A DNA stretch of 58,814 bases, the filler included, from Bipalium vagum (lineage: Eukaryota): the NCBI GenBank assembly GCA_037834085.1. It is 3 parts of 3 records of this genome, joined end to end, with 100 filler letters (N's around TTAATTAATTAA, not from the genome) between each part and the next. Parts side by side here need not be neighbours in the genome. Positions count along the whole stretch, not along the records: positions 20,938 to 42,684 come from JBBMKC010232614.1; positions 42,785 to 58,814 come from JBBMKC010131400.1; 1 more part is not named here. One strand, 5' to 3'. Under the pieces are notes generated by a model. It had not been told where the DNA came from. It did no database searches and saw nothing but the letters and a program-made list of their open reading frames with translations. This document shows positions 37,881 through 50,771 of the stretch, piece by piece. Each line of letters opens with the position of its first letter. Within the stretch, counting starts at the first letter, position 1. Made by a program: the position numbers and the translations under genes.

Positions 37881-40800
37881 TAGAAAAATGTTAGATACAG
37901 CTCGGTCTTTAATGAAATCTGTAAAATCTTAACCATTCATCTAGAACATCGTCTTTCATTGCTTGGAATCTTGTTAATGAGACTCTTCATACTCTTCATT
38001 AAATCAGCCTGTTATTTGATGAGTAAGAACACTGTATTAATGACACACACAGCAATATATTGATTTGCTATTAAATGAGTTTTCTAAACTTCCTACCATT
38101 AAAATGAATTACCTAATTACTGAGTTTTGGAAAGGAATGCTCGAATCATAATTTTGAACATATTGAGTTTTGAATAAAATAAATATTTCTATGATTGGTT
38201 TGAAAAGCAATGATGTCATTTTTTATCATGTATTATAATTTCTAAAATTTTTGGACTCTCTCTCAGTAATATATAATGTTGTCACATGAAATATCCAAAA
38301 TAATAAATAAAATAATAAACAAAAAAATATTTTAAAAAGTTTTTATTTAATTAAATTATTCACCATTGGATTCTACAATTTTCCCATCTAAGACTAATTT
38401 TGGAATCTTATTTGCATAAAAATTTGGATATGGCCAACATGACCCTGATCAGCAATGATTATTTGAACAAGAAATTACCTGTTTTGTTAATTGATTTTTA
38501 GTATTTAATTCAACCGTAAATAATCGTTAAGTAGGACCCTGAGGCGTCCCCTGCCCACATTGAGCCGGGTTAGGTAATATAGTTCGCAATTCATTATTTT
38601 TTTATTTTTAATTCCATGAGATCTAAAACTATTTTAAGTAGTTCTTATATTAAATCAAATATTATCTAACGATTATTCAGATTTCAAATTTTACATTGAT
38701 ATATATTAATAAATGTTATATGATAATTATTACTTGACTCATATTAGTTTAAAAAAAGATTTCCAAATTCAGACATTTCATATGTGATAATCTAATAATA
38801 CATCTAATATTAAAAAAATTTTTATTTTTAATTATAAATGCTTTGACTTTATTTGAAGCATTACAATTTTTTTTGCATTAAGAAAAAATCTATTTTCATT
38901 CTATTTACCATTTATATTTAATGTTTTATATATCTCATTTCAATTATATTGGAAAACAAGATGGGATTTATTAAATAAGCCAGGAGTTATTTTTCAGATT
39001 TGAATTAAATATTATTTTTTTTACAAAAATACAATTCTTAGGTTAAATATATACTTATATGTACTTCCATTTAGACAGTAACAAAGTAAATAATATAATT
39101 TGTTATTTTTAACTATTATTGACTTGCAATAATTTTAATGGCCTTTGATTTTATGATTAATTATGCAATAAAATAGATTTAACAGTTATAAAAGATTTAA
39201 TTGGTAATTATAATATAATATTTTTACGATTTTCCTCGAGTAAAAATTTAGACAATTTTAAACAATAAATGATAATAAAAACAAAATTAATTTTCTCTAT
39301 ATTTAGAAATACTTTAAACGCTTACATAATTTTTCACAAATCCTATTTTGATAAAGAATAAAATTGCTTGCAAAATATTCTGATACTTAGTGCAAACATT
39401 ATATGTGACATAGGACTGAGAAAGCTTGATAACATGAAGTAGATTAGGGTAACACAATAGTTTTTGATTTATAAATCAGCCTAAATCTTCTTTTATTATT
39501 GATAAATAAATTTTTATAAAAGATGAATTTTTTAAAAATATATTAATTGTAAAATTCAATGGCCTTGCACTTCGTTTAAATTTATGTTTTGATATAAGTG
39601 ATCACATGAAAATCATTGTGATATTGAAACTAATTATTTTCAGTATTATAAGATGTAATGAGATTATGGAATGGTTACTATCTGACTTCCAGCGGTTGAA
39701 TTTGGTTTCTCTTTCGGAGTCTCGATAAAATTAGATTTTTTTCAAAAGAAATAGCGCTTTTCATTTAAATCTGTCGTTTTTATTTATTTATTGGTAGCGT
39801 CATATTGGTTTTATAATCTGAAATGTCAAGCTCTTCTTGATCATGATACTTTTTTTTGCTATTAAGAGATCCATGTAAAGTTAAAATTTGAGGATAAAGA
39901 CTTCATTTCAAACACTCCTTTCTAGTTAAGGGGTGTCTATTATTCTTGAAAAAATTAATTATCTTAAATTTATTATATAGCTGTTTTACTATTGTTTTCA
40001 GAGGTGCTTTCGATAGGTGTATTTTTTTGAAGTTGTTTAATCCATAATATGTAAACATTTATTCTATATAAAAAAATTGTTTGGACGTATATCTTATTTT
40101 TTCTTCAGAAAGAGAAAAGATGAAAAATTATTTATAATTGGCTCTATTTCATTTTGAAAAACCGATTTTGAATGAATTCTTAATTTTTCTTTTATCTTGA
40201 TTGTGGTTGTTCTTTTATAATCCCTAAAGACTCCATGTGCAGAACTATGCACATAATACTTTTATTTTGTAACACTGTTATTTGAAATAATTTATTCTAT
40301 CGCCATCTGTGTCTCCATAAATAAATATATTTATATTTTCATACATGTATTTTTATTGTCTTTCTTACCAGTGATTATTAAAATGGCATTTTTTATCTGT
40401 TAACAATATTCTAGGTCTGAAAGGGTTAAAGTTCTTTTTCCCAAATGCTTGAAGATAATATTTGACATATATAATGACATTTAAATCTTCAAGAAGTCTT
40501 TTAATATCTGTTGCAGTCTTAATCATCGTGATAACAATTTATTATATTAAAACAATTTTAATATTTCAGCAATAAGTGCAGGGTTTTATTGTTAATACTA
40601 GTAATGTAGTAGTATTTTTCAGAGAATTTTTCATAATTTATAGAATGTAGCTTTTTGTCTTCCATACAATAAATGATATATCGATAAAAAACAATTTTCT
40701 TGTGAATCTTTGATTTAATTTTGATTTTATATTAAATTAATAATTGTTTTTCTTCATTTTCAAATTCATATTGTAAAAAATGTTACACAAAATGGTTCTT

Positions 40801-41056
40801 AATATTCATATTTTTATTTGTTATTGTTAGTTTTATGGCTAAAATAAATTTGTTAATATTTCTTTTTATTATTGATATTATTTTATTTATTATTTTTTTG
40901 TTTAAAATTCTTTTTAAAAAATTGTTCAGTTTTATTAGAAGACAGATATTATTTATCAACCTGCTTTTATTATTTATAATTGATATTTATAAATTGGCGA
41001 AATTTTATTAAATGAAACACATATTATAAGGGCCTTTATATTCATAACATAAATTA

Positions 41057-41800
41057 TTAGGTGTGTGAATAAGTTTCCGGATTCTGAATAAGGAAGCCAC
41101 AATTGAAATATATTTGGTAATAAATTAATGATAAAAGGGTGAACCAACCAAAACCCGGACACTTAAATTAGTTTATAAAAATAAAATGACAAAATTAGTC
41201 ACTGAGAAAAATATCTTAACATTATATGAAACACTAATAATGCACATTTCATAAAAATAATATCATGACAGGTTATATGCAACTTGATGAACCTTCCTGA
41301 GAATACGTTCCATCAAGTTTTGCAAAGCGTATGGATCGACTTTCTGAGATACTCCTAACCATTCTTTCCAAAATTGCTGAATTGTTTCGACAGTTTTATT
41401 AGTAGTCTTTAAATAACTTTTCATAATAGACCAATATTCTTCAATAGGTCTAAGTTCTAGACTGCTTGCAGGATTGTAATCTTTGGATACATAATCGATA
41501 CCATTATCCTTAAACCACTTTATAGTGTTTTTTGCAAAATGAAATGTTTTGAAAACAGTTAATGTCTTGTTCCGTTCCATGGGTCATGGCCTAGCTCGCC
41601 AGCATTTTCAATCTGCACGAGGATACCAGAAAGTGGCTCGAATCAAAAATTCAAGATTCTTGTAAACAAGGAATTATTACCCTGCCTGGAAGATAAAGAT
41701 AGTATTGACAGGCAGTGGAAAATATTTCGAAGAATAAATGTGTATATTTTTATAAAGTTTATTTATTTAAAAAAATCTGGAAACTTATCCACACACCTAA
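41057..41800 (+). mobile_element. Internally deleted mariner with intact TIRs hosting a second element
   Basis: TA|TTAGGTGTGTGAATAAGTTTCCGGATT versus rc TTAGGTGTGTGGATAAGTTTCCAGATT|TA; C-terminal remnant ..GSGKYFEE*. Confidence 0.85.
41133..41560 (-). mobile_element. Tc1/mariner-superfamily fragment (ITmD37E-like) nested in the mariner
   Basis: HFAKNTIKWFKDNGIDYVSKDYNPASSLELRPIEEYWSIMK; AAGGGTG-type terminus near 41133. Confidence 0.7.
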
Positions 41801-41899
41801 TATTATCAATTTCGGAATATTGAACACGTTTAAATAAAAATTTCTTGATCCATAGAAATCATAACGTGTTTAATCTTAACTTTTAGATCGAAAATATTG

Positions 41900-42110
41900 A
41901 TATGAAGTCATTTTTTACTTTTCTTTCACAAGCACTTCACACATAATAATCCAAAGTATTTGCATCTGGTGTCCTGGGATACCAGATTTCCTTTGACTAA
42001 AAAGAAATATTGTTATTTACAAATTCTTGCACTGTTTCGGCGCTATGTGCTGGAGAACTCTCTTATTGAAAGATAAAATAATGTCCACTGACCAATCTTA
42101 ATCTTGTGAA
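41900..42110 (-). mobile_element. maT/DD37D-like transposase remnant
   Basis: FIFQ*ESSPAHSAETVQEF...SKEIWYPRTPDANTLDYYV*. Confidence 0.65.
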
Positions 42111-42224
42111 CATAATTTATTTTTCAAACTAAACGATTTTCATCAGTCTACAATAAAATTTGTTTAAAAAAAATATTAATTTAGTATCATTGAAATTACT
42201 GGTCTTACTGAATCAGCCACTAAT

Positions 42225-42510
42225 ACTTTACAGATCTTTGGCAAACCATATAATTTTGCAGGTTGTGCTCCTTACCTAAATAATCTTTTTATTAAACTTT
42301 GATCTCTTATATTCTTTTCCCTATCCAATTGTTTAACCAATTTATTGATTAGTTGTTCGTCTTTAATAGGAATTGATATTCTGCTACTTTGATGTTTTAA
42401 TTTTTCAAATTTATCACAATTGAGTATGTTATTGATTTTTTCTAAATATTGATCTTTGTTTGGAATGACTTAACTAATTTCTTTATCAAAATTCGTGATA
42501 ATCAGATCTT
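42225..42510 (-). mobile_element. Penelope-like retroelement RT fragment
   Basis: LIITNFDK...NKDQYLEKINNIL...GAQPAKLYGLPKI, matching the PLE DKG...LYGLPKxHK region. Confidence 0.75.
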
Positions 42511-42684
42511 TTATTATTAATTATTATATTAGACATTATTATAGTTGAATATATAATATTGATTTTATTTATGAATATTGATTTAATTTTTTAAATAGAC
42601 GCATTTTAATAATTCTGAACAAATTTTTTCCAAACATTTATTATCAAGAAACATGTTTCGAACTATTATCAGTTCATCATCAGT

Positions 42685-42784
42685 NNNNNNNNNNNNNNNN
42701 NNNNNNNNNNNNNNNNNNNNNNNNNNNNTTAATTAATTAANNNNNNNNNNNNNNNNNNNNNNNNNNNNNNNNNNNNNNNNNNNN
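42685..42784. other. Artificial scaffold join: 44 N + TTAATTAATTAA + 44 N
   Basis: Same 100-bp structure as 20838-20937. Confidence 0.9.
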
Positions 42785-44278
42785 ACTTATTATATTTATT
42801 ATTATTTAATTATCACTTTATTTTTTAATGTTTTATCAATCAAATTCGATTTTACATTTAACACATATATTATTTTTACAAAACAACATAACACATAACA
42901 ATAAGAAACAAAAGTACAAATGGATCAATAATATGAGTTTAATAAATCAATTATTGATTGTAACACTAAGAAACAAAAGCACAAATGGATAACTAATAAC
43001 AATTATTGACTGTCCGATGAATTTGATTGATTTGGAATTGTTCGTATCTTGGACACTACTCCTTGTGGCGCTCCTTGTGGTTTTGGAGTTGGTCGTAGTC
43101 TCCACAATAGTAACTTTATGTTACTTTTTTTAGATTTCACATAAAAAATTTTGACTATAAATTTATTTATAGTAACATTAAATAAAATTTTATTGAAAAA
43201 ATTATTTATTTCATAAATTAATCACCAGAATAATTAATTTTTTAATTTAATAATAATTTTTGTATTTTATATATATTATTTTATTATTTTTACTATAATT
43301 TTATATTTCATATTTTATTTTATATTTGAGACAGATAGGAAAGATAATTAATTAAACTTCGGGTTTTAACTTTACATAAAAATAAAAATTAAACTTATAT
43401 AACAATAAAATTATATTTTTATACAACACAAAAACATAAAAAACACTAAAATACTATAATGTTTTTTTTAAAATCACGAAATTGTTATTTATTGTTTTTT
43501 CGAGAATTAGCGATTGGATTTGGGATTGAATTTGGGACCGGGTATGGAAGTCTTGACAGTATTAAAACTGTTTGACGAATTTTTTCCTTAATGTCGTTTA
43601 TCATAACATCACTTAAGTTTATGATATTATCTCTTGTTTCTTAGATGAATGTCTGGTAATACCAGGACATACTAATATTTTTGAGGAACACTAAAAAATT
43701 TAATAAATTCTCCTCTATCATTAACATAAGGAAATAGCCAATTTAACATTTCGAATAGGTAGGTTTCTTTAATTTGAAATTTACCAATAAAATTTATTAA
43801 TAGCTGATTTAAAAATTCAATAAATGAAAAATGAAACATGGAATTTTAATTCATTGCTGATTTTGAAAACTTTCAGGTACTAAAGTAATAATTGATTCCA
43901 CTGTTATAATTAATTAATTTAATTATGAAAAATTTATTAAATAATATTATCTTAATTATTTTATTCCATTAAAATTGAGATTTTTCTATTTTTAGTAGGT
44001 ATTATTTTTCCTATTGAACGGTTATTTCTTAATATTGTTATAGTTTCGCACTCACGAGCTTTGTTTTTTGTTTATTTCAATCAATTAAAGCATTTTACTG
44101 AATTAATTTTTTCAACTTAAGTTATTTTTCAATTGTTAGCGCTTGCTATTTTAAACTACATTTATCTGATCTTAACAAGTGATTTCGAAAAAGAAACTAT
44201 CAATTGTTTACTCTTGTTTTATAGTTTCTTCAAATATCAACTGTATTTTAGAGTCAAATTTCCTAAACTTGTTGATAT

Positions 44279-44945
44279 ATGAGTTCCATTAAAGACAATT
44301 TTATTCAAAATTGGCATCAAGCTTGTATCGATGATTTAATAACCCATTGTGATAGTTTATCTCTGTCATCCTCTGAAATAGATAATATTACACTAGATTC
44401 TGGAATTTATTGTGATGCTAAATCTGATTTATTAAAGCAATCGGTATCGTCAAGTATTAATTCCAAAGAACTCCTAACACCTCCATTAGCACCACCACCA
44501 CCGCCACCATATAATAGTAATCATAATATTATTTCAAGTGTAAATAGCACTGCAGATTTATATGAAAATATAGAAAAGTCAACTCGATATTCTAATTCAG
44601 ACAAATGTTCCATCAACGACCTGTTATACAATGAACATTTACAAAGTCAGTTATCTCTATCAAACAACCGGTCTTCATTATCACGATTATTAACCGAAGA
44701 GCAAAAGCAGTCTCCTTTGAATTTTGCTAATCACCAAACAAACATTTTTAAAGAATCTCTTCATTGTCAAGCACGTAAGAGTAAAGATTCTTCAGATCGG
44801 AAAATGTCGAACTTCTCACAAAATCAGCGCGATAGTTGTATATACCAAGACGAGTCGTTTCTTCATAAACTTAATAAACAGTTTCATTCCGAAGTCATGA
44901 ATGAGATGCACTTTGATGAAAAGAAAAGAGATGTAAAAATATTAG
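44279..44945 (+). CDS. Coding exon of an unidentified intracellular signalling/scaffold-type protein (Ser/Asn-rich, Pro-rich)
   Basis: 224-codon ORF in sequence where stops are otherwise frequent; motifs DSGIYC, PPLAPPPPPPY, LYENI; candidate donors GAT|GTAAAA (44933) and G|GTAATT (44946); in-frame stop at 44273 upstream of the ATG. Confidence 0.7.
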
Positions 44946-46102
44946 GTAATTAAATTTAATATTAATAAATTATTATTAATTTAATGATTTATCTATTTAA
45001 CTGTATTAAATTGATTATTTCATAAGTATTAATTATTTGTATTTAAATAACTGAATTATTAATCTGCAACAATAGAAAGGTATTTTACTTAAAAATAAAC
45101 TATTTTTTTCGAATAGTAAGCAATGAAAAAATATAANNNNNNNNNNNNNNNNNNNNNNNNNNNNNNNNNNNNNNNNNNNNNNNNNNNNNNNNNNNNNNNN
45201 NNNNNNNNNNNNNNNNNNNNNNNNNNNNNNNNNNNNNNNNNNNNNNNNNNNNNNNNNNNNNNNNNNNNNNNNNNNNNNNNNNNNNNNNNNNNNNNNNNNN
45301 NNNNATAATAAATATTTTTAATATAGATAATACATTATTAATAATAATATAAAAACTAAATAATTAAACTGTAATAGTATTAGTATTATGTTAGAGAAAA
45401 TACGTAAAATGCCGATTGAAAACAATGAAAGTTTTGCGAATATTATTGTTTTACCTGTGATCATTGCATTATTTCACAAAACTGGTTTTCTGATCCGGCT
45501 CCATAAATATTTACAAGAATGATCTGTCTACAATAAGTAATTCAATATACAATAATGATTTACTAATTCCTTTTAATGATAATTATATTATTTTATTATT
45601 TATTTAATGGTAAATGATCTACTTCATTCCATAGAGTAAATTGAGCTGACCAAAATGAAGATAAACTTTATCAACGACAGAATTATCATCACATTTAAAT
45701 GGATATATATTAAATATCAGATTAAAGATTATTATTATTTTATCATTATTTATTTTAAATGTTCTAAAAAATAAAAAATTACATTTTTTAAAATTATCTT
45801 TTCAATTTTATTAATTGTTTTCTTATTCTAAAAGTACCTTGAAATAAATTCAATTTTTGAAAGGAAATTATCAATTTATTGTAAAGATAATAAATAAAAT
45901 CCATTGTTAATAATTTATAATTTATTAGTGATTAAATTAAATTCAGATATTAAAATATTTAATGTTGTTATTTTTATGCTTTTTATTTGTATTTTTGTTC
46001 ATGATTAGAAAGAAATTTAATTTTTAAATATAAAATTGAAAAAAAATTAAATGATTGGAAATAAGAAATAATTAAGTTTTCTTTCAAATTTTTATCAAAA
46101 TT

Positions 46103-46103
<1 letters not shown>

Positions 46104-46161
<58 letters not shown>
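46104..46161. repeat. (AAT)n microsatellite
   Basis: About 19 perfect units. Confidence 0.95.
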
Positions 46162-46162
<1 letters not shown>

Positions 46163-47628
46163 TAAATAGTAATAATAAATAAATTATTATTAATAAGTAA
46201 TTAATAATAATAATAAAAAATAATAAAATAATAATAATTGTAAATTTTAATTTTAAACTATAAACAATATTTTAAAAAATATTTTAGTTTTTTGATAAAT
46301 TATTGATTATGCAGAATTTTATTATTTTAGAAAAAAACAATTTTGATGAAATTGACTTTTTAAAAAATGTTTATTTAATTTTAATTTTCTATTTTTCTGC
46401 TTGTTTTATATTGTTCCAATATTTCTTAATTTTATTTAAAATTATTTTTATTGTTAATTTTTTTTTAAATACCTCTAAAAATGTTTAGCTAAAGGACCAC
46501 GTATTTGACGGTTTTTAATTAATATTGATTTAATTATACTTTTAATTATTTTTAAAACAAGGTTTTTCATCAATGTATTATTATTATTACCTCATTAAAT
46601 AACAACGAAATCTAACATTTATTTAATATTAATCTGTTTGTTTTGCTGATTAATGCCGTTAATGCATTTCGTATTAAATGCTAAGATGAAATGGAATTCG
46701 GATTCTGATATCACATCAATTTTTGAAAAGGCCTAATATTTATTTTAAAAAACAAAATGTTAAAACAAAAAAAATGTTGAATAAATAAAATTTAATAAAA
46801 AATTGAATTTTATTGTCATTTGATTTTTGAGAAGAAATAAGTATACTTTATATTCCAAAAGAATTTCCATATAATAATAATAAATATTTGTGAGTATTTA
46901 AAATGATTTCTAATTTTTTAATTTTTATATTGTGCTTAATTTAAATTCTTTTAATTAATTGTAAATTTAATTTTAATATTTATTTTAAAATATTTTTTAT
47001 TGAAATGAATTTTGATATTTAATGGCACAATATATTGATTTATTAAGAATGGAAAATTTGTTTAAATATTATTGTTTTAAAAAACATTCCTAAAACATTA
47101 GGTTCTACTAAGAACTATTTATTCGTATAAATTAACTTAATTTTCGTAAAAGGGTTAATTGATTTGTTCTATTTCATGAGGCGCCGATAGATTTTAGTTT
47201 TATTTCCCAAAAGCTCAATTCACTTATGATTCTCAATTATTTCTCAGAACTTGTTGACAATAATCATAAAGTCGCTTTAATGAACCCCAGTTAATAGTTG
47301 TTATTCTCAGTGAGATGAGTGACATTGGTTATTTTAATTAGTGACCAAAACATCTTAATTGTAACATAAAACAAAATAAAAAAATATTTGTCAAATTTTA
47401 GTAATTAGATTAGAACTATTTTCTTATGAAATATAGATGTTGTTGGATGAGTTGATATTATGATGCACGATTAAAAAAGAAAAATAAGTTTCCATTTTTA
47501 CGTGCATTGGTAATAAAAGAACGGAAAAATAATAGATTAAAACAAAAAATTACAGAAAGAAATTAAATATCGGATTTTATACATTGAATAATACTGTGCA
47601 AAGAAGTGTAATGATACAACGAAAATTA

Positions 47629-47865
47629 TTGGGCGGTCCCAAAGGTTCTTTCTGTTTTTACTACAAAATAAAAAAGCCAAAAACAAGCAGAAAAACTTTA
47701 TTCTATAAAACATTTTCCATTATTATCGACAATTTATTTCCATATTTTAGGCAATGACATGATTCCATTTAAATAAAACTTCTGGGTTTTTTGAACTAAA
47801 AACGATTTCAGGTACGATTTGACATCTTCGTCTGAGGTACAGTTTTTTCCAGTAAAATCGTTATT
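47629..47865 (-). mobile_element. mariner 3' end
   Basis: GKNCTSDEDVKSYLKSF..KTQKFYLNGIMSLPKIWK*IVDNNG plus TA|TTGGG terminus. Confidence 0.8.
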
Positions 47866-47939
47866 GTAAAGAATAATATATTACTAAGTAGATTGACCTT
47901 AAATTGGGTAATGTTACAAAAAGAAATCTTATTTAGATT

Positions 47940-48330
47940 GGAAAATTGGAAAGATAGAAGTAAAAGTGGATAAGTTTAAGAATATCAAAAAATACAATTT
48001 AAAGAAAGATAAAGAAAAAAGTTAACATAAGAAAATTGTTAAAATACTTTACTCGTACATATTCAAAAGTTTTAAAAACAGAATGTTACAACCCACAAAA
48101 ACGAAAAACCTTAAATGTAACCTACGGTAACTATTAATAGTAATAACTAATACAAAGATGAAGAATTTTTCAAAAATCAAACTGACCTCAAAACCAGTCC
48201 AAACTAATATTGTTTACAGATTTCAATGTCATGAATGTGGAGTAATTCTCCGAACGAAGACAATGTTTTTATAATCCAATGGATTTCAGATTTCTCCAAC
48301 TATCAACAAGACTCTGGTTTTCAACCAAAG
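47940..48330 (+). mobile_element. Penelope-like GIY-YIG endonuclease remnant
   Basis: QTNIVYRFQCHECG motif; otherwise heavily decayed. Confidence 0.5.
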
Positions 48331-50712
48331 TATGGAAAATTTTAAGAAATACAAAAAATTGTTACTGTAACAAATTGAAAATTATAGAAAATAATCAATT
48401 GCACATCTTTTCTCAATTTCATCCCTTGTCAACTTTTAACTGAAAATATTGTTTCGACAAGTGAATTTGTTCTTATTCCGCAAGCTGTATACTTAAACAG
48501 TCACACAATTGTAAAATATGTTTATCAATAACCCTTTTTTATTCTTCTGAAATTTTTCGACTGTCCTAAGAAAATTTGAAATAATTCAGAAAAAAGTTTT
48601 CATAATTGCAAAGGTTTGAATTTGAACTTTTAAATGTTGTTGGAACATCTAATTAATTTAATTAATAAAATTTAAAGAACTTAAATTAAGAATTATTAAA
48701 ATTGTTAAATTAGAATTAATAATTTACGTTAACTGAAATCAATAAAAAGACCTATCATTGAATCTTAAATTGAATTAAGAAAAAGAAAATTTTTCAATAA
48801 ATGTGCATTATGGCAATTAAATATCTAAAATCCATTTTTTATGATAATATTAATTAAATAATTCAAAAATAATAATCGTGTCATATACTTGCGAAATAAC
48901 TTTTCGCCAGAGTACGGTAAAGCTAAAGATAAGGGTATCAATAATTAAAATATCTCACGCTATTAAATCATTGACCGAACCAGATTCATTGACTATTATA
49001 AACATTTTATTAATATTTTATTGTTTATATTTCATATAATATTTCCAGGGGCTTGCAACAAGTGCCAGTGTCTTGTGACCGATTCGGAAAGTGCTTGCAT
49101 TGCTCTCGGAAATCTCTATCATTCCAATTGCTTTACATGTTGCCATTGTAGTAAGATTGTATTGTCTTTCTGTTAATTATATCTGTCCACAAAACTCTTA
49201 CTATATCGAATTGTTTAACCGATCTATTCTATATGTATCGATTTAAACAACGATCCATTGTTATCACTGTACGGCGATTCTGAAGTCTGAGACAATGATG
49301 GCACCTAGATTAATTTGCATTGATTTGCATAACAAATAATGCATTCGCAAAAAATTCGCACATTTATTTTGTTTTACCGAATTGAAATTGTATAGGTCTC
49401 AGAAATATATTTTTGTTTAGTTTATTAAAAAGAAGCTGAATAGCACTTTATAAAAAATGTTTTATGATTGTATAATATAAATAATATAATATTATAATGA
49501 TTATATTAAATATTTCATGAAAACTATATTTCGCTTTGTCGGACAAAATAGACTCAAGGGACAAACCTTTTTATCAAAAATATTAATAAAGTTTTCAGTC
49601 ATTTCTTTCATTAAATGACAATCACCTCATTTCTCTGGAGTAGGTTGGCATATATTTGGGGTCTAGATTAAAGTCGGGGAAATCTTTATAAGCTAATCGA
49701 AAAAATGTAATTAGCTGAAAGTAAATCGGCATAGTATGTCAAAATTCAAGACTGTCTCTAATGTCCAATATCCATTTTAGCAACCGATGCTTGGTTTTAG
49801 AAAACTTCAGATTTATTTAATTATAATTATCTTCACTGTAAGGAAATGATCCGACCACTGTATTTGTCGGTTTAACATTTAATGTGAAAAATTATTGAAA
49901 TTTCCTTTTGTTTTACTGAATAGAAAATAATGATCATTGGGAGATTTTTGGTTTTCAAATTCTCAAAGGATTTTCAAGATTTTTTCGCCATAATTTACTT
50001 TAAAGTATTCTTTACGAAAAACTTCTATTTATGTGGAAAAATATTTTATATCTTTTGATTGTGTTTTTTTGTTTTACAGACTGGTATTAATTAGTTCTGA
50101 GCTTTTTAATTATTACTTTATCATTTTGAATTCTATTGAATTGGTTTTCCGTTCCAATAGCACTTGAAAGTTGATATCTTCCGACCTTTGGCTGCAATTG
50201 ACCTCTATGATATCATTTTTATTCTTCAGGAGCTTAATTGACACGACCTGTACGTCACAAATTGATGCCCTTGCTTAATCAGTAATGTCAATAGAACAAG
50301 ATAGAACAATGCTGGGTTTTTAAATTATATTTTTCTGATAAAACCCTACTAATTAGAACATCTACGAAAACATTTGATAAACAATTATTTTATTTTCTTG
50401 TTGAATTGTGATCAGATTATATTATTACTCCCATTCCAAAGAATAAGAGCCAGGTAGTATAAGAATTATTTTACATTTAAATAAACGGAAGCTTAATATT
50501 ACATAAATGAGAAGACGTACATTGTCAGATCTTTAAAAAATGTTTGAGATTTCTTAACTATGAAAGACTAGGTCTACATGTATGAATTGGTCTTTTCTAA
50601 GGTTTAAACAAGTTTTAAAGGTATATTTTTATTACACATAACTTTAATTATTAATACCAATATTTCCTCACATTTTTGATACAACCTAATCATCCATTTT
50701 AGCTTACGACCT

Positions 50713-50771
50713 TTCGTATCCTGGACCTTTCACATGCGCATGGACTGCTCTGACCACTGAGCTACATCCCC
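50713..50771 (-). pseudogene. Degenerate tRNA-Ala(CGC)-like sequence (tRNA pseudogene or SINE head)
   Basis: GGGGATGTAGCTCAGTGGTCAGAGC...TGCGCAT...AGGTCCAGGATACGA: tRNA-Ala-type 5' end and A box, decayed B box, no 3' acceptor strand. Confidence 0.65.

Noticed and set aside
44226-44282. RVKFPKLVDI* frame resembling the SH2 C-terminal part, with a -1 shift into the 44279 ORF
   Set aside because: Splice phase is incompatible with the phase-0 SH2 donor and there is no slippery site; likely chance.
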